DNA of 63,926 bases, the filler included, from Octopus bimaculoides (lineage: Eukaryota), in NCBI RefSeq assembly GCF_001194135.2. It is 6 parts of 6 records of this genome, joined end to end, with 100 filler letters (N's around TTAATTAATTAA, not from the genome) between each part and the next. Parts side by side here need not be neighbours in the genome. Positions count along the whole stretch, not along the records: positions 61,867 to 63,926 come from NC_068983.1; 5 more parts are not named here. One strand, 5' to 3'. Positions 63,773 to 63,926 of the stretch are shown in pieces. The translations under genes and the position numbers were made by a program. Position 1 is the stretch's first letter, and each line of letters begins with the position of its first letter. The notes below the pieces were generated by a model. It made no database searches and was not told the DNA's origin. It was given only the letters and a program-made list of their open reading frames with translations.

Positions 63773-63874
63773 ATGGGACCGTTTGAAGGTAAACCGCCGC
63801 ACATACGGTTGGCGAGGATAAGTGCCGAACACTACGAACAATTTAAACGGAGATATGCTGACGATATTTTTGAT
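63773..63874 (+). CDS. Candidate first coding exon of a divergent gene
   Basis: ATG-initiated MGPFEGKPPHIRLARISAEHYEQFKRRYADDIFD followed by a canonical donor GTGAGT at 63875 (phase 0); CpG-rich. No homology recognised. Confidence 0.3.
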
Positions 63875-63926
63875 GTGAGTCAGCACATAGTGAAAGAAAA
63901 AATTATTTTAAAACCAACGGCTACAC

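Noticed and set aside
63850-63875. RYADDIF as a reverse-transcriptase YADD motif
   Set aside because: The surrounding residues show no RT domain context and an ATG lies only about 27 codons upstream; likely coincidence.

Overview
Repeat-dense, AT-rich animal genomic scaffold with about 10 kb of N gaps. The SINE families and the microsatellite load look like an octopus (coleoid cephalopod) genome; this is an inference, not a database result. Five 100-bp spacers (N44-TTAATTAATTAA-N44) are scaffolding artefacts that split the window into six blocks of inferred order and orientation. Nearly all ORFs in the track are microsatellite or gap artefacts. Only one convincing host coding region is present: a >=472-codon acidic, disordered, probably nuclear first exon on the minus strand (63282->61867) with two related 36-bp coding tandem arrays, next to a putative bidirectional promoter. 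A second motif-dense promoter-like island lies at 38.0-38.2 kb. The rest is transposon relics: Tc1/mariner (three families plus a pogo-like end), CR1-like, RTE, Tx1/L1-like and R4/Dong-like LINEs, at least five SINE families, Penelope-type hammerhead-like repeats and MITE-like hairpins. Main hunt results: (1) a 4-bp stem with a mostly invariant CUUGU loop and covarying stems, shared by different SINE tails and the Tx1-like LINE 3' end; (2) three kinds of hammerhead-ribozyme-like motifs, one inside a 307-bp palindrome; (3) a cluster of (TAA)n-embedded R4/Dong-type insertions, possibly one element split by a Tx1-linked 2.5-kb insertion; (4) a SINE that carries a hypervariable internal microsatellite. 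No rRNA, true tRNA gene or CRISPR array is supported.
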